Shown piece after piece: positions 13,549 to 26,513 of a stretch of 64,000 bases of DNA. Below the pieces are notes generated by a model. That model ran no database searches, was not told the origin of the DNA, and saw only the letters and a list, made by a program, of their open reading frames with translations. Origin of the DNA: Octopus sinensis (taxonomy: Eukaryota); assembly GCF_006345805.1 (NCBI RefSeq), contig NC_043025.1:9176001-9240000 (forward strand). Direction: 5' to 3'. Made by a program: the position numbers and the translations under genes. Every line of letters begins with the position of its first letter. Position 1 is the stretch's first letter.

Positions 13549-13718
13549 TTATATACGACGGTCTTCTTCCAGTTTCCGTCTACCAAATCTACTCACAAAT
13601 CTTTAGTCGGCCCGAGGCTATAGCAGAAAATACTTGCCTAAGGTGCCACACAGAGTGGGACTGAACCCGGAACCATGTGGTTCGTAATCAAGCTACTTAC
13701 TACACAGCCACTCCTACG

Positions 13719-13721
<3 letters not shown>
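13320..13721 (-). mobile_element. Near full-length tRNA-derived SINE with internal (TA)n
   Basis: Minus strand AGGCGTAGGAGTGGCTGTGTAGTAAGTAGCTTG...GGTTCCGGGTTCAGTCCCACT...GGAAACTGGAAGAAGACCGTCG, then (TA)n and the 3' body. Confidence 0.8.
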
Positions 13722-13793
<72 letters not shown>

Positions 13794-14553
13794 TTATTTA
13801 TGCAATTAAAAGTTATACAGATGGTTTAAAGTGCAAATAAAAAAGAGATGCGCTCAAACTGTCAAATTCTTAAAATATGTAAATGAAGAATGCGAAAAAG
13901 TGTTGTATGAGCAACTTAAGAAAATTTTATTTGTAATAGAATGTCATAAGTGAAATTTACGTTATCACAAACAATAAACACATATCAAATATTAGTTCTA
14001 AAGAATTTTGCAAGTTCAGGTGAAGTTTCTGCTGATGAATATGTCTCGATTCACCTGAAAACTTATGTAAATTTTAAGTGTTTTAAAAGATTTCACGTCT
14101 GGAGAGATGGAGCAGCATAAACAGAGTAATTATTTAATACATTAGCAGCACCCGTAGAAATTCCGTGGCAAATGCGAAAGTTTTTAGATGGTTGTAAGTT
14201 TATGTAGAGACATAAAAATTAGCGCTCCTTTATAAATTGTATATTCTACATAATTGTCGTTTTAAAACACAATCAGTCCTTCTGGATAAGACCCTCTGCT
14301 TCTCTTGGTGCCATTGCCCATTTGGTTTCATTCTTTCTGTTGTTCGCTTACATCGTCTCTCATCTATGGTTTATAAACAAATAACATTTTTCAAGCGAGC
14401 AGACGATTGCACTTATGCGCATGCTTTAAGTAATAGGTGGTATTAAAAAAAATATATCAATTAAAAACATTACACTCTTCACTCACACTCACCAACGAAA
14501 CCTCCACCACCACCACCACTAACACCACCAATACATTCATCATCATCATCATC

Positions 14554-14600
<47 letters not shown>

Positions 14601-17104
14601 GCCTGTCTTTAATCTCACCATCAGAACATCGATCCTCTGCTACAATTCTGTTTCTCACTCTCCTCTATATCACTACCTTCAACTACCATTTTTAACCACG
14701 TAATAACTATTACGTTCCCCCTACCACACGTCATAGACGCTTCTCTTTTCTCTCCCTCCTTTTCTCTCTACCTGTTTTTCTCTCGCTCTTCCCCTTACCC
14801 GCTTTTTCCCTCTACTCCCTCTTTTCTCTCGCTCTTCGCATTTCCCTTCAATTCATCTTGTAAAAGTGTTACAGATGCGCTATTATTATCTAATAAGAAT
14901 TCTGCTTATTCCTACTGACGGAGGAATAAGCAGAATTATTATTAGATGCTCATGAAAAGCATAAAAACTAATTTATGTTCTAGGCGATTATTTCCAATTA
15001 AGTGGCTTGCATCACAGCATTAATCCCTTCAAATATTCAATTACTAAGGAGGATCGATTCATTCGATCAGTCCCATTTGACAACAAATTTGGAACGTTTT
15101 GAGAAATCTTAATGTAAAGCGAAAAACAAAGTTTTATTAATGTTATTCTTTAAACCTCGTAAATCTGAAGATGTGGAATAGCAAAATCAATGTTCTCTTT
15201 AATAAGTTAGATATTTTCATCTTTCATAATTTAAGCGCGAATTGAATGAAATCTGAGATAGATACCATGAACGTTCCGTTTAAGCTGCTACAGGCCAACA
15301 TTTACAGGAATGATGAAGGGGTTGAAGTGTTTAGCACAGAGGTTCATACTGAAAACGCATTGAAGTTTATGATCGAGGAGCAAAGGAATAGACGAGTGAG
15401 TCGGTAGTACCTGCTTGGTGGGGTCAAGAGCTCAGCCAACTCCTACAAGAATCTGTAACATGACAGTGACAGTGGCAAAACAAAAAGAAGAGATATCCTG
15501 CCTGCGAGATAGCTGTAAGAGTATGTCTATTAGGGATAGAGTCAAATTTAGCCATGTCACCATTCTTTCGATGCAATCCCGGATGTGTATCGCCGTTCCA
15601 GATGTAGAAAGATTTCTTCATTGTGTGCTTCACATGAGCAATGTAAATGGTCCGAAGTTTTGGCTGCAAAGAGAAGGATTGGACTTTAAGATACCGTACT
15701 AGCTATGCAAAGGATCTACTTTCGCCAAGAAAGATCTTCCCTGCTAATAATGCCCAGCGAAGGTTAAGTTTTCAAGTGACATTGTGAGGGACACTTGCCT
15801 AATCTTCAGCCAATTACAAATGGCCGTGTTTCAACGCCATGTCCACGGCTATGCTGTAACCTTTCTCTGTCTCTAATGATCTATTTCAATGTTAGTCTTA
15901 AAACACATTTCTGTTCAAAACCACCACCTAGTAATTTTGAGTGCCTTTAGTGAAGTCCATATTGTCTTAAACATTCTTCAGTTGAAGAATACCATCTTTT
16001 CTCCTTCCCTCTAGACTTGATCATCGTGTGAATTTGCTTCAAGCCTGCTTTACTACTATTCGAAAGAAAATATGAAATCTGTCAGTATTCAACGGTATGA
16101 AAATATAAATCCCCGTTCTTGGCGTATAAACAATTTGAACTTTATTCAAGACAATACTTTGGAAATATCGTCAGGCGAACGAAATAACTGGAGACGAACT
16201 GGGAGTCTTTTGACACACAGAATCCGGAAAGGACATCAATTTAATACGATCACATCAGAATTTTAAGATACTGAATCCACAGAATGTCTTTGTTTTGTTT
16301 TCGAATAAACCAGCTTATGAAGAACGTACTAATATACATAGAAAGTGCATTGTCTTCAAAACTAGGATTTTTTTTAACTTCTACTGAAAAGCTAGCAAAT
16401 ATCTCTAAATTTCTACAGACATGTTTCCAAACAGTTAGTGAAATTAAGGTGCATGTTATGAACTCGTATTCCATAGCGAATTATGCCCAGCTATGAATAT
16501 GTGTGCTTTGAGAGAGTATACTGTACGCAGTAGAGTGGGGTACAGCCTCTAAATATAGGGTTAGGGGTTAGGGTTAGGGTTTGGGTATGGTGAATATGGA
16601 TAAAACACTGCACTGGACCAAACACGGATTGCACCCATGCTTCATTCAATTTACACATAGAGATGAAGCCATAGGAAAAAATATGACTGGCGTAGTCTTA
16701 GTTTGAACCTCATTCATTCACCAACGGCAACATAGACATGATGCTTGACAGAGGAACCTGTGTCATGTCAGTGGACAGAACCACCATGTTTCCAAACACT
16801 ATTACTACTGACGTCTTCGGACCTAGCAAACGTAGGTGTTATTAAGCTACCGATTTACGTAAATGACTTTTACTAAAATCGGTTCTTCATCTCGCATCGA
16901 TTATCGTTTGGATAACCAAGGGGCACATTAAACTGTGGAACCCATTACGGCGCAGCTTTCGAAAAATAATCTACAGAGCTAAATTGAAATCTCATCTATA
17001 CTAAAATGCAAGCGTGTCTCCACAATCTCAATGTTCGAAATATAAATTACCATTAAAGCAGTTCTGTACATTGGTAACATCAGTAACCATTCTGCTTAGA
17101 ATTA

Positions 17105-17385
17105 TATAAGGTGCATTCTAGAAGTTTTGAATCATTTTCAGGAGAGACATTTGTTTGTACCAGAGAGGTACACAACACGAATTTCCTTCCTAGTAGCATG
17201 CTCTAACACAGTTGGTCTAACACATGCTCTAACACAGTTGGTCTAGCATTCCAGCCACTTGGTGAAGATTCCATAGAAATCCGCGAATGGAAGTGTCTCC
17301 AGGACCCTTGTTACAGTCTCCTTCAACTTCTTCAGCTTGAGAAACAAATAAAAATCACAGGGTGGGACATTTACAAAATTTTTTC
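17105..17385 (-). mobile_element. Tc1/mariner 3' fragment
   Basis: Minus strand PPCDFYLFLKLKKLKETVTRVLETLPFADFYGIFTKWL resembles the mariner (L)APCDFxLFPKLK C-terminus. Confidence 0.65.
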
Positions 17386-17866
17386 ATAGATGTTTTTTTT
17401 TCTACGTTTCGTGTCTTTTCTGCCCATTAGTAAGATCATCAAGGGTCTGTGAATCGGATCTGTGGATCAGAGAGAGAGCATTTATTTGAATATATATACA
17501 TGAACATACACACGCACACACACCCTAACATATACATATATAAATGTTTATAACAAATAACATTTTAACGAGTATGTCTTCAATTTATAAGTATATATGT
17601 ATAGAGAGAGAGAGTGAGAGAGAAAGCGAAAGAGAGAAAGAAAGAAAGAGTGAAAGAAAGAGTGAGACAGAGACAGAGAGAATTAAGAATTTGAATATAC
17701 AAACTCAATCCCATTAAATTCATTATTAGACTGTATATCTACGTTGCCAAAAAATAAACTGTTACATCGGTTGGGACCTAAAGGACATTTAGCGTAAAAC
17801 CTAGCATCTGAAGGATCCAGCCTTACCATTCGCTATCTGCTTTGATATTATTATCCTTCTCTTACT

Positions 17867-17927
<61 letters not shown>

Positions 17928-18055
17928 TAGTAGCGGTAGACCAACAAACAATGAATGGGACCTCAGTATTATGTAAATAGAGGAATTTATCTGTAACATG
18001 TGATACCCCATACGACAAAACCTGTAATTCGGTTTTGGAATGAATACGGAATAAA

Positions 18056-18137
<82 letters not shown>

Positions 18138-18789
18138 TATAGGACAGGCTTCTTTCAAACTGAAAGTATTATCTCGCATTACAATAGAGACGTAATACTG
18201 AAATAGTGTAAGAGATAAAAGAGTGCACTGGGTTCGCATTAGGCAAGAAGTTGGAATACTTCTTGGGTCCAAGACACTGCATGGACCTTGGTTTTCTATT
18301 TGACGTAAGTTGCTTTAAATATTTTATTTCGATTTTATGTATAAATGTATGTATATATTTATGTATGAGACAATGAAGTAGACCTCAACAATGTAGCTAG
18401 GGGAAATAGCAGCCGAATCTCCCTCAAAAACCCTACTGTCTTAATCCGAAAATGCTACCTATTATGTAGTTTGAACGAGAAACTGTAACTAAAGGTTAAT
18501 TTATTAACCCCTAAATGTTACCTGTTTTAATAGCAATTGATCTTTTCTCTTTTTTGTGTAGTTTTCATGTCAGCTGCAAAAGTGGAGAGGGTTAACTTGG
18601 ACAGTGTTAAGTAGTGGAGATGTTTGTTTATTGAATGTGGTGATTTCTTTTGACTGTTTCTTCTCCATAACGATAAATGATTGAAAACGAATCTTAACAC
18701 AATATATATACAACTTCAAGTGGTATTGGACATAATAAGAGAGACAGAGAGAGGAAAGAAGGGAGACAGCATAGAGATGGTTTGGGTTG

Positions 18790-19165
18790 ACTGTCATTAT
18801 GTACGCCCATATTACAAGCAGTTGTCCGAAAATGTCATCATGATATTATCTACTGACGTGACATGATGTAGCTAGGACACTGTATAATGAAATTCGTCGG
18901 AAGGTTAATTCCAAAGATAAAGAAATAAAATCCTACAATATGGTGCAAGCTAAAACCGATACCAATAAAATGGAGTGTTGCCGGAATGTCCCAGGGGAAA
19001 TCCCAATGTAATGTAAACATAATAGACCTGACATGGTGATTTGGGATTGAGGAGAGAAATTGTGTACACTTGTGGAAATCAGCTGCCTAGAGGATGTTAA
19101 CATGAAGCTAAAGATCAACGAAAAAGAAAATACCTTCGTTGAACTATTGAGTAATCTGCAGGATT
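18790..19165 (+). mobile_element. RLE-clade (R4/NeSL-like) non-LTR retrotransposon C-terminal fragment
   Basis: HITSSCPKM...RHDVAR, then KHNRPDMVIWD...CTLVEISC..DVN.KLKINEKEN: CCHC remnant plus PD-(D/E)xK restriction-like endonuclease. Confidence 0.75.
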
Positions 19166-19946
19166 TCTTCTTTTCATCCTCATCCCATTGTTCTCCTCCT
19201 CTTCTTTTTCATCTGAATTGTTAGAATATTCAGTGATAATATCAATATCAACATTCTCATCCGCTTTCTCGTCATCATAATAACCTTCAACATCGTATTT
19301 ATGATCGACATTATCGCAGTCATCATCATCATCATCTTCGTCATCTTCGTCATCATCATCACGATCATAATATTGATTGTCATCATTGTCTCACCCTTCT
19401 CTCTCATTGTCCCCTTTTCTCACTTCATCTGATTCTTAATACTCAACATTTATTATTTCAGTAGCGGGTTCCATGAATATTCCACGGAATTAATAATAAA
19501 ACTTTTCGGTGACTCCTTAAAAATGTATCCAAAAAATCTGAAAGCGTAGACTGTGTTGTGTGTATATGAAAAGAAAGTTTCTCATCTGCTATTCAATGAA
19601 AATTGAAGGAAACTGAAATACGATGATTACTTAATGCACTTTATATATGTACTTTATATACTTCATGTACGATTTTATAGACTTAATACACAGCAATCAT
19701 AAAATAAATATCTAATATTTTTTCCATTTACCCCATAGAGAGAAAATAATTACATTTTAAAATTTACATGGCCACAAACTCATATCAAGAAAACAGAAAA
19801 TATTATAGTAAAAAAATGATTTTATAGGTAAAACAGAGGGTTGAAAATTTAATGCAACATGGTATCGTCTGAAAGCCACATCGTTGTAGATCATAAGAAA
19901 GGCGGTGCATCAGAGCTTATACATATTTCAATTTGCGTACACCTTT

Positions 19947-22900
19947 CAATCTAATACTTCGTTTCAGATTGTGCTGTTCGCGTAACTTCTCCCTCTTCTT
20001 TTCCCTTGTTTGTCAGTGTTGATAACTTTAACTTTAATATCAGATAATGTTTGTGAGCCGTTGGGAAACAACATATAGTTGACCATTAATACGCAGTTTC
20101 AGGCAAGAATAGCTCCAGTTTATCGAACGCCTGCCCATGTGATTTATTGATAGTCATTGCAAATGTCAAGCGAACGGGATTGGTGTCTCAGTACCAGCCT
20201 TTTCCTGTGAATGAGAATACGTCTCCCGATCACTATGCCACTTATTATTGAGGCTTCAATCGAGATTTGATGGAGGGCCTCAACTACCAGTCTTGTTCCT
20301 TTATAGCCTTTATAGAGACCATTTTCTATTGAAATATTACTAAAGAGCATTATTATGGAGTCAGGTTTCAAATACAATCTAAGAGGTGGCATTCCAGATG
20401 GTGTCCATGGAATCAGAAATTCCAGTGGATATCGCTCAGCTTCAGCAGGACATCTGTGAAGATCTTATCCATGCTGTAATAAAAGCACTGGTCCCCTGGG
20501 AGTTTATCCATAACCCATTCGTTTATCTTTAAGTAGTCTGAACTTTTTGGTGAGAGGATCACTCTACTTGTTCTTTGTTCTTGAGGGGCATTGCCAAAAA
20601 GGATCATTTATCAGCGACCCATTAAAGCATGAATCACGTAGCACGTTTACACCATCACTGACTCACTTGAATCTTGCATAAAAGCTGTGGTGCCATTATC
20701 AAAGTGTAGTGGTCATGTTGCGAATTCTCTTCGATCTGTCGTTGACCTATTTTGGCTCAACCTATATTGTCTGAAGTGTAAATATAGAGGAGAGTTCTTA
20801 ATGGAGATCTGAATTACTGTCTCACGAGGCACTCTTGGCAATGTTGGCAGATTTTGCCTGAAGTCTCTACCAATGAACACAGCTTTCCAACCGAAACCTT
20901 TATTGTTGCCAGTGATTTCTTTCAGAGCTTTGTCATTACCATGAACAGCATACAGAGGGATCATGTAAGCCTCATCTATAATAATCAAATACAAATTTCT
21001 CAAATAATTTCTGGTCAGAGGTGGGTGGTACACTGCAAAAGCTAGTTTCCAACAGAAAAACGGGCAATTAGAGCAAACTGTGCATCGTCCTTCCACCAGA
21101 CATCAATGTTGAAGCTATGCCTCTGCACGCACCACTTGATAGCTTCTCCTTCGTAGATGTGAGATCAGCGTATGAAATATGTAATTCTTGTCCCAACCTC
21201 CAGGAACATCTGCATATAAGCAAGAACATTCCAGTACCTCACCTCACCTTTTATCAACTGTCTTCAATGACTGCATCAGCGATCATTCTCTGCTCATCGG
21301 TAACGGTTGCAATGCCGCGATGGTTCATGTCATGTTTATGCCATACCCGTTACACTCGAACTGGTTCAGACAAGCCAATATTAAGGCAGCTAATGCCATT
21401 TTCAATTTGCATAGAATTTATAGAGTGTAGAGTATGCATTCAAACCTCGCTGAGCATAATCTACCATTATGGTATTCTTGTGAGTGTTCCTCAGGCGAAG
21501 GACATTAGAAGGATTTGAATAGGTGCAAAGGACAACGAACGTGATACGCGGCTGAAATGCCATCCGATATGCAGCACCTTTAAGTATGGCATGCTCCAAC
21601 ATCACATGATTTTGGAAAAGACCAAGTCATATGTACGCATCTTTAAGTATTGCATTGATTTCACCTCCTACAGTGTTCACTTCTTCAAAGCTCTTAGCAC
21701 CTGGAACATCCAAAATAGCAATCGTAATGAAATGTTTCTACGCCCTTAGGACTCACTGTGTTCAATCTGCTGCCGATGTTCTTGTTTCTTCTCCTGAGTG
21801 TTCATGATTTTGTACTTTCATCAAATACTTAACGCAAAGGAATGTCAGGGCACAAGTATTTCCGTTAATTTTCATCGTGCTCATTCAGTTTGAATGTATT
21901 GTCACGATCGATCTCTGTTCTTGAGTAGGTTACTGAGTGTTACCTCTGTGAAAGCACAGTCACTCCTGGTCTTCAAATTGAACTGCTAGTCAGTAAACAT
22001 TTTGAGAGGAGACATGAAGCTTATATTGAGATATTCTCCACATGGCTTCAGGAGGTGAAACGTATCAACACACAAAATAATTTCTGATTTCACCATGGTT
22101 TTGCTGAATTTGTTTGCCTTCTGCCATTGCATCATTCCTTACTTCAACTGAATCGCTATTATGACATTTGTAGACTTATTTGTAGATGTACTTGACACTT
22201 GTTACAGAGGAGCCAACTTCTCTATACATATGAGCTCGGAATTGCTTTAATAGGTAAGCATTGTATGGTACGACATACCTGTTTTCAACAGAATGACATC
22301 CAGCTTGTGCTGTGATCCCATTATTGCGCGTCCTGTTCTATGGATATGCATTATAATTTAGTAGTATCTCATTTCTGTAGTTCTTGGGAAACATTTTGGG
22401 GCCAGAGCCATTCTACATACAAGGCCAGAGATCATGAATTTCTTAACTAAATCATCTCAGATCTTCACTTTGTCTACCGGCATATGACAGTGTGGAGGCC
22501 TTCTCTTTTGAAACTCGGCGAGATGGGCATGAGCTATTGATACATCAAATACGTGTCTGTCCTTTATATCCTTCAGACGTTCAGTGAGATACAACTTGTA
22601 CACTCTTGCAACCAAATCTGGTCAGTTTCCTTGTGTCCCACTTCGCTGCAGATTATTTTCTATTTCAAGGCACTTAGGGTTGGATGTATATGTGACAATT
22701 ATGTTAGGTTAACCATACTCTGATGCAATCGGCATTGCATCCTGATTATATTGATGCATATTCCGAGGACAGCTCCTGGCTCAACATTCTCATCAGCTCC
22801 TCTCTGCAGGTAGTCCATAAGTCCACTGTACTGCTCTACGAGCAACTGGGCCTGATGGTCCCCAAGGTACTGCAATCAGCAACCCTAAATTACATCGTGA

Positions 22901-23170
22901 GTCGTCTGCGAGCGGATGTTCTGCGTTTCGCCACATATAGAATCCCACAGTGCCATCCGGACTTTACATGAGGGAATATAAGTAGATAGCTCATTGGGAC
23001 TGGATGGCACAATGTCTACGCGATTCACTCTGCAGGGGTATTCCATGGATAGACAAAAATGTCTCTGTTTTCACGGTGCAGCTATTTCATTGCTTGTGGA
23101 AAAATTGTAACGCCTTATATAATCCCTTTTTCTGAAGTGTAGTTCACACTTTCGCAATTGTACACTTGTA
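19947..23170 (-). mobile_element. Decayed Helitron remnant H1 (second family, Rep plus helicase)
   Basis: Fragments DLVARVYKLYL, EFQKRRPPHCH, LIIIDEA, GTRLVV and FAMTINKSHGQ. Many stops and frameshifts shared with the other copies. Confidence 0.85.
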
Positions 23171-23326
23171 CTCCTGGTACTTTCACGCCCTACATATGAC
23201 ACTGTATATAAGTGTGAATATTTCATGGAATTGCATTTCTGATCATGCGTTAGGTGATAGGGGATTTAAAATACTTACTACCACCACACCCACCACTACC
23301 ACCATCTCTCTTATCTTCCCTTTTTA

Positions 23327-23361
<35 letters not shown>

Positions 23362-23993
23362 TTTTTCTTTAATCTCACCATCAGAACATCACCCCTCTAC
23401 CTAAATTATATTCCTAGGCCTCCTCAATATCACTACCTTCAACTAACTTTTTTATCGTGTAATAAATATTACGTTCCCCCTACCACATGCCCTCTTCCTC
23501 TTTTTCTCTCTCCTTTTTCTTTCTCTTGGTCTCTCTTTGCATTCACCTATCACGTGAAAGCGTTACAGTTACGTTCCTTCTACCTCATATCATCGACACT
23601 TCACTTTCCCTCTTTTTCTCTAATCACGAGAAAGCGTTACCGACGGACTAATTAACATAATGACAAGCAGAATTTTTATAAGATCGTCATCACCTTCGTT
23701 ATGAACATCGCAATAATCAACGTCGTCATCACCAATTCATCGAAGCTTTTCTCGTCCTTCTCGATAATAATCATCATCATTATCCCCCGAATCCTCCTCA
23801 CCGTCCTTATTACAACTGTTACCATCAACATCGCTATCCTCCTCGCCCTCATCATCATCATCAACATCATCTCGGCCATTTTCTCCTTTATCGTCTTTTT
23901 TTTTTATTAATATGATTCTAAAGATACAAGATTTAATATTGTATAAGATATCTTTTTAATACTCTTTCTTTTGACCCGTGTTTTATGTTTCAG

Positions 23994-24065
23994 AAATTTC
24001 TGGAATAATCAGATCACAACCATCCAACAAGGGTCCTTTCAAAATCTTCCAAGTTTAAAGAAATT
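23994..24065 (+). CDS. 72-nt internal exon A encoding one leucine-rich repeat (host LRR gene, identity unknown)
   Basis: Pyrimidine tract ...ttttatgtttcAG | A AAT TTC TGG AAT AAT CAG ATC ACA ACC ATC CAA CAA GGG TCC TTT CAA AAT CTT CCA AGT TTA AAG AAA TT | GTaagt. It reads (L)NFWNNQITTIQQGSFQNLPSLKK(L), fitting LxLxxNxIxxIxxxxFxxLxxLxxL. Exactly 72 nt, symmetric phase 2, as in LGR/Slit-type LRR exons. Confidence 0.88.
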
Positions 24066-25109
24066 GTAAGTGATTAAGTTTTTTTATGCTAATTTATTTA
24101 CGAAATTTTTCTAGGGATACCATGTCTTCTCATCTTTCTTTTTCTCTCTGTATCTCTAACGTATATTCCGCTACCATATTCGTGTTGGAGTGTGTATGAA
24201 AGTCCCTGCAATTGTTTGTGTCTGTATGTGTTAGCATCAATGTCTAACATTTTGTGCATAAGTGTACGATTGAATGAGAATATATATGTTTGTATTCGTT
24301 TCTATAGCTGGGTATATTATGAAATACGTATTTATGCAGAAGTCGTTTGAAAAAATTATACACACTTGGAAAAAAAAGAAAAGAACGTATAGAAATATAT
24401 TCGTTCTCACCTTTTTGAGATGCTGCTTCATTGATATGAGTTATTTTAAATTCTACAATTACAAGAGGTGCCTAAATTGGAAGTCGTCATTTTCTGTTTG
24501 TACAGTGAGCTACAGCTGGGGCAATTTGGTCAAACTGTCCAGTGTGATGGCTTCTTATGCCGTTTCAGTTTCTTTAGGAAGGAAGTTAGAGTAGTCAGTC
24601 GTCCACAATATAAGACAATGTTTGGTGTGTCCCTCGTACGTTTGTCTTTAAGTGTAATGATATTACTTACGTTGATATATTTTTACTTTCATTTCTATCC
24701 TCATTCGCAATTGTCATATTGTTTTGCTTGTCCATCTTGTCTGTTTTCTTGCTACTATCTTTTCTTAATCATCGACTTACTCGTTGTTACTGATTTTTGT
24801 TGTTGTCGTTGTTGTTGTTGTTGTCGTTGTTATTGTTGTTCTTATAATCGACCCGAGTGAAACCGAGTTTATTGAGCGAGTTGCTTTTGGAAATGTCAAT
24901 TGATGAGAAACATCTGCATAGAAAGATGCACCGCGGCAACTCGACCATTATCTCATCCGTGAGGGGCTGATTGAAGACGGGTTGAAACGGCCGTAGTGAT
25001 TAACGAATCCCGTAAAATCAATTTTCCATTTCCCTTATGTGTGTGTATGCGTGTGTGTGTGTGTGTATGTGTGCATGTGTGTGTGTGTGAGTATACGCTT
25101 AGACGTTGG

Positions 25110-26430
25110 TATGGCTGTGTGATAACAATTTTGCTTCTGTACTCTGTCCCTCTGCGTGTACTCTGGTCTTCTCCTTTCTTCTTTTACTACTTTTCCTATT
25201 ATAGGTTCCTCTATACACTTCTCTGAGTCTGAGGCCTTCTCTTTCTCCGTCTTCAGTTTCTCCATCTCACCCTCTTGTAGTTGAGTTCCTGAATCTTCCG
25301 TCAATTCACCTGTCATCTTCATACTTGCTTCCTCCTTCTCTGACTCATTATCACACACCTTCTTAATTATTTTTTAACTTTCCTTTCCCACTCTAGCGTG
25401 AATTCTCCTTCCGCTGTTTTCTGATTATTCTCGACACCCTCTTCAGTCTCTCTCTGCTCCCTCCGTTGGCATCTCGCATTCATGTGTCCCTCCTCGCAAC
25501 ACTCGAAACACACAAGCGGCTTGCTTTCCACCTTCACACCCAGTGCAACACTATCTCCTCTGCCATTCCGTTCAAGTCCTCCACTTTAGCCTGGATTGTT
25601 AGCTCCAACCCACAGCCCCAGCAGCTTGTTTGCTCTGGTGGCCCTCAATATTCCAGCCTCGTCCTCCATGTTGTACACAATGGCCGTCATCAGCCATATC
25701 TCCTCCAGCTCAGGGGGCACCTGGCCCAACCCAACCCTCGCCACACGTTCGCCGCAACAGGATGGCAGAAGAATCCATTCTTCTGAGCGGACCGCCTCCG
25801 TAGCATGCCTCATCGCTTCCTCCTCCGATGTGAAACGCACATCCATAGTTGCATACTCCCTGCATCCTGTTCCGAAGGTTATCATCCTTTCATGCCTTCC
25901 AGCATCCTCTCGATCCCCTCCACAGTTGCTATCTCGATCCTTCCTGTAGCGACCCTCACAGTCCTGTATGTCACTGTCTTCCTCATAACGCTGTTCATTA
26001 GCTCCTCGGGTGGTGTCAATTTCATCTTCTCGCCTTCCCCCTCAGCAGCCTATCGCCAGCTTTCATCCTCCTGGCCTCGACCTCTACTTCAAAAGTGTAC
26101 AATGTTTCTCTCCCCGCTTCTCCTCCAGTTGCGACTGCACAGCTATGGCCGCCCGGTGGCGCCTTCTCCATTTTCCCCAATGGGAAAAATCAACTCAACA
26201 AAACTTTAACGATATTAACAACGATATTAACAACAGCAACAATCAACAATAAATTCACGTTCCACTCACAAATACAACTCAACTTCAACAACTCGACCTC
26301 AAAAACAACACCTATCAACTACAAAATTCTATACTCAACTCGACTCTACTTCGACGTCTTGACTTCTCCCTCTATATCTACGTATTGAACAAGCCTACTT
26401 CATCGTCTGGGGGTGTCCACACAACACAAG
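25110..26430 (-). mobile_element. LINE ORF1-like (gag-like) element with CCHC knuckle, no ORF2 (copy 1)
   Basis: KVESKPLVCFECCEEGHMNARC = CX2CX4HX4C, followed by an E/K-rich tail. Broken frames; no RT or endonuclease downstream. Confidence 0.7.
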
Positions 26431-26464
26431 TAAACTAGAGAAGATTGGCACATACATACATACT

Positions 26465-26513
<49 letters not shown>

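Noticed and set aside
14950-16500. Possible decayed L1/Tx1 ORF2 C-terminus (DILPAR..., FLHCV...FW)
   Set aside because: Only vague motif resemblance in broken frames; needs a profile search.
16690-16960. Possible Ty3/Gypsy protease remnant (NGNIDMMLDRGTCVMSV)
   Set aside because: Too short and lacks the catalytic D(T/S)G; no LTRs or RT nearby.
24498-24620. Possible second exon after tttgtacAG, conserved in all cassettes
   Set aside because: Paralogs at ~55940 and ~63268 carry stops in the candidate frames, so it is treated as shared intron or repeat sequence.
24845-25030. GC-richer conserved block with gatgaga/tctcatc pairing and a TTGAAGA...GAAACGGCCGTA hammerhead-like string
   Set aside because: No stem I or stem II. 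The palindrome is broken in the 56480-56510 paralog, and conservation is no higher than the rest of the cassette.
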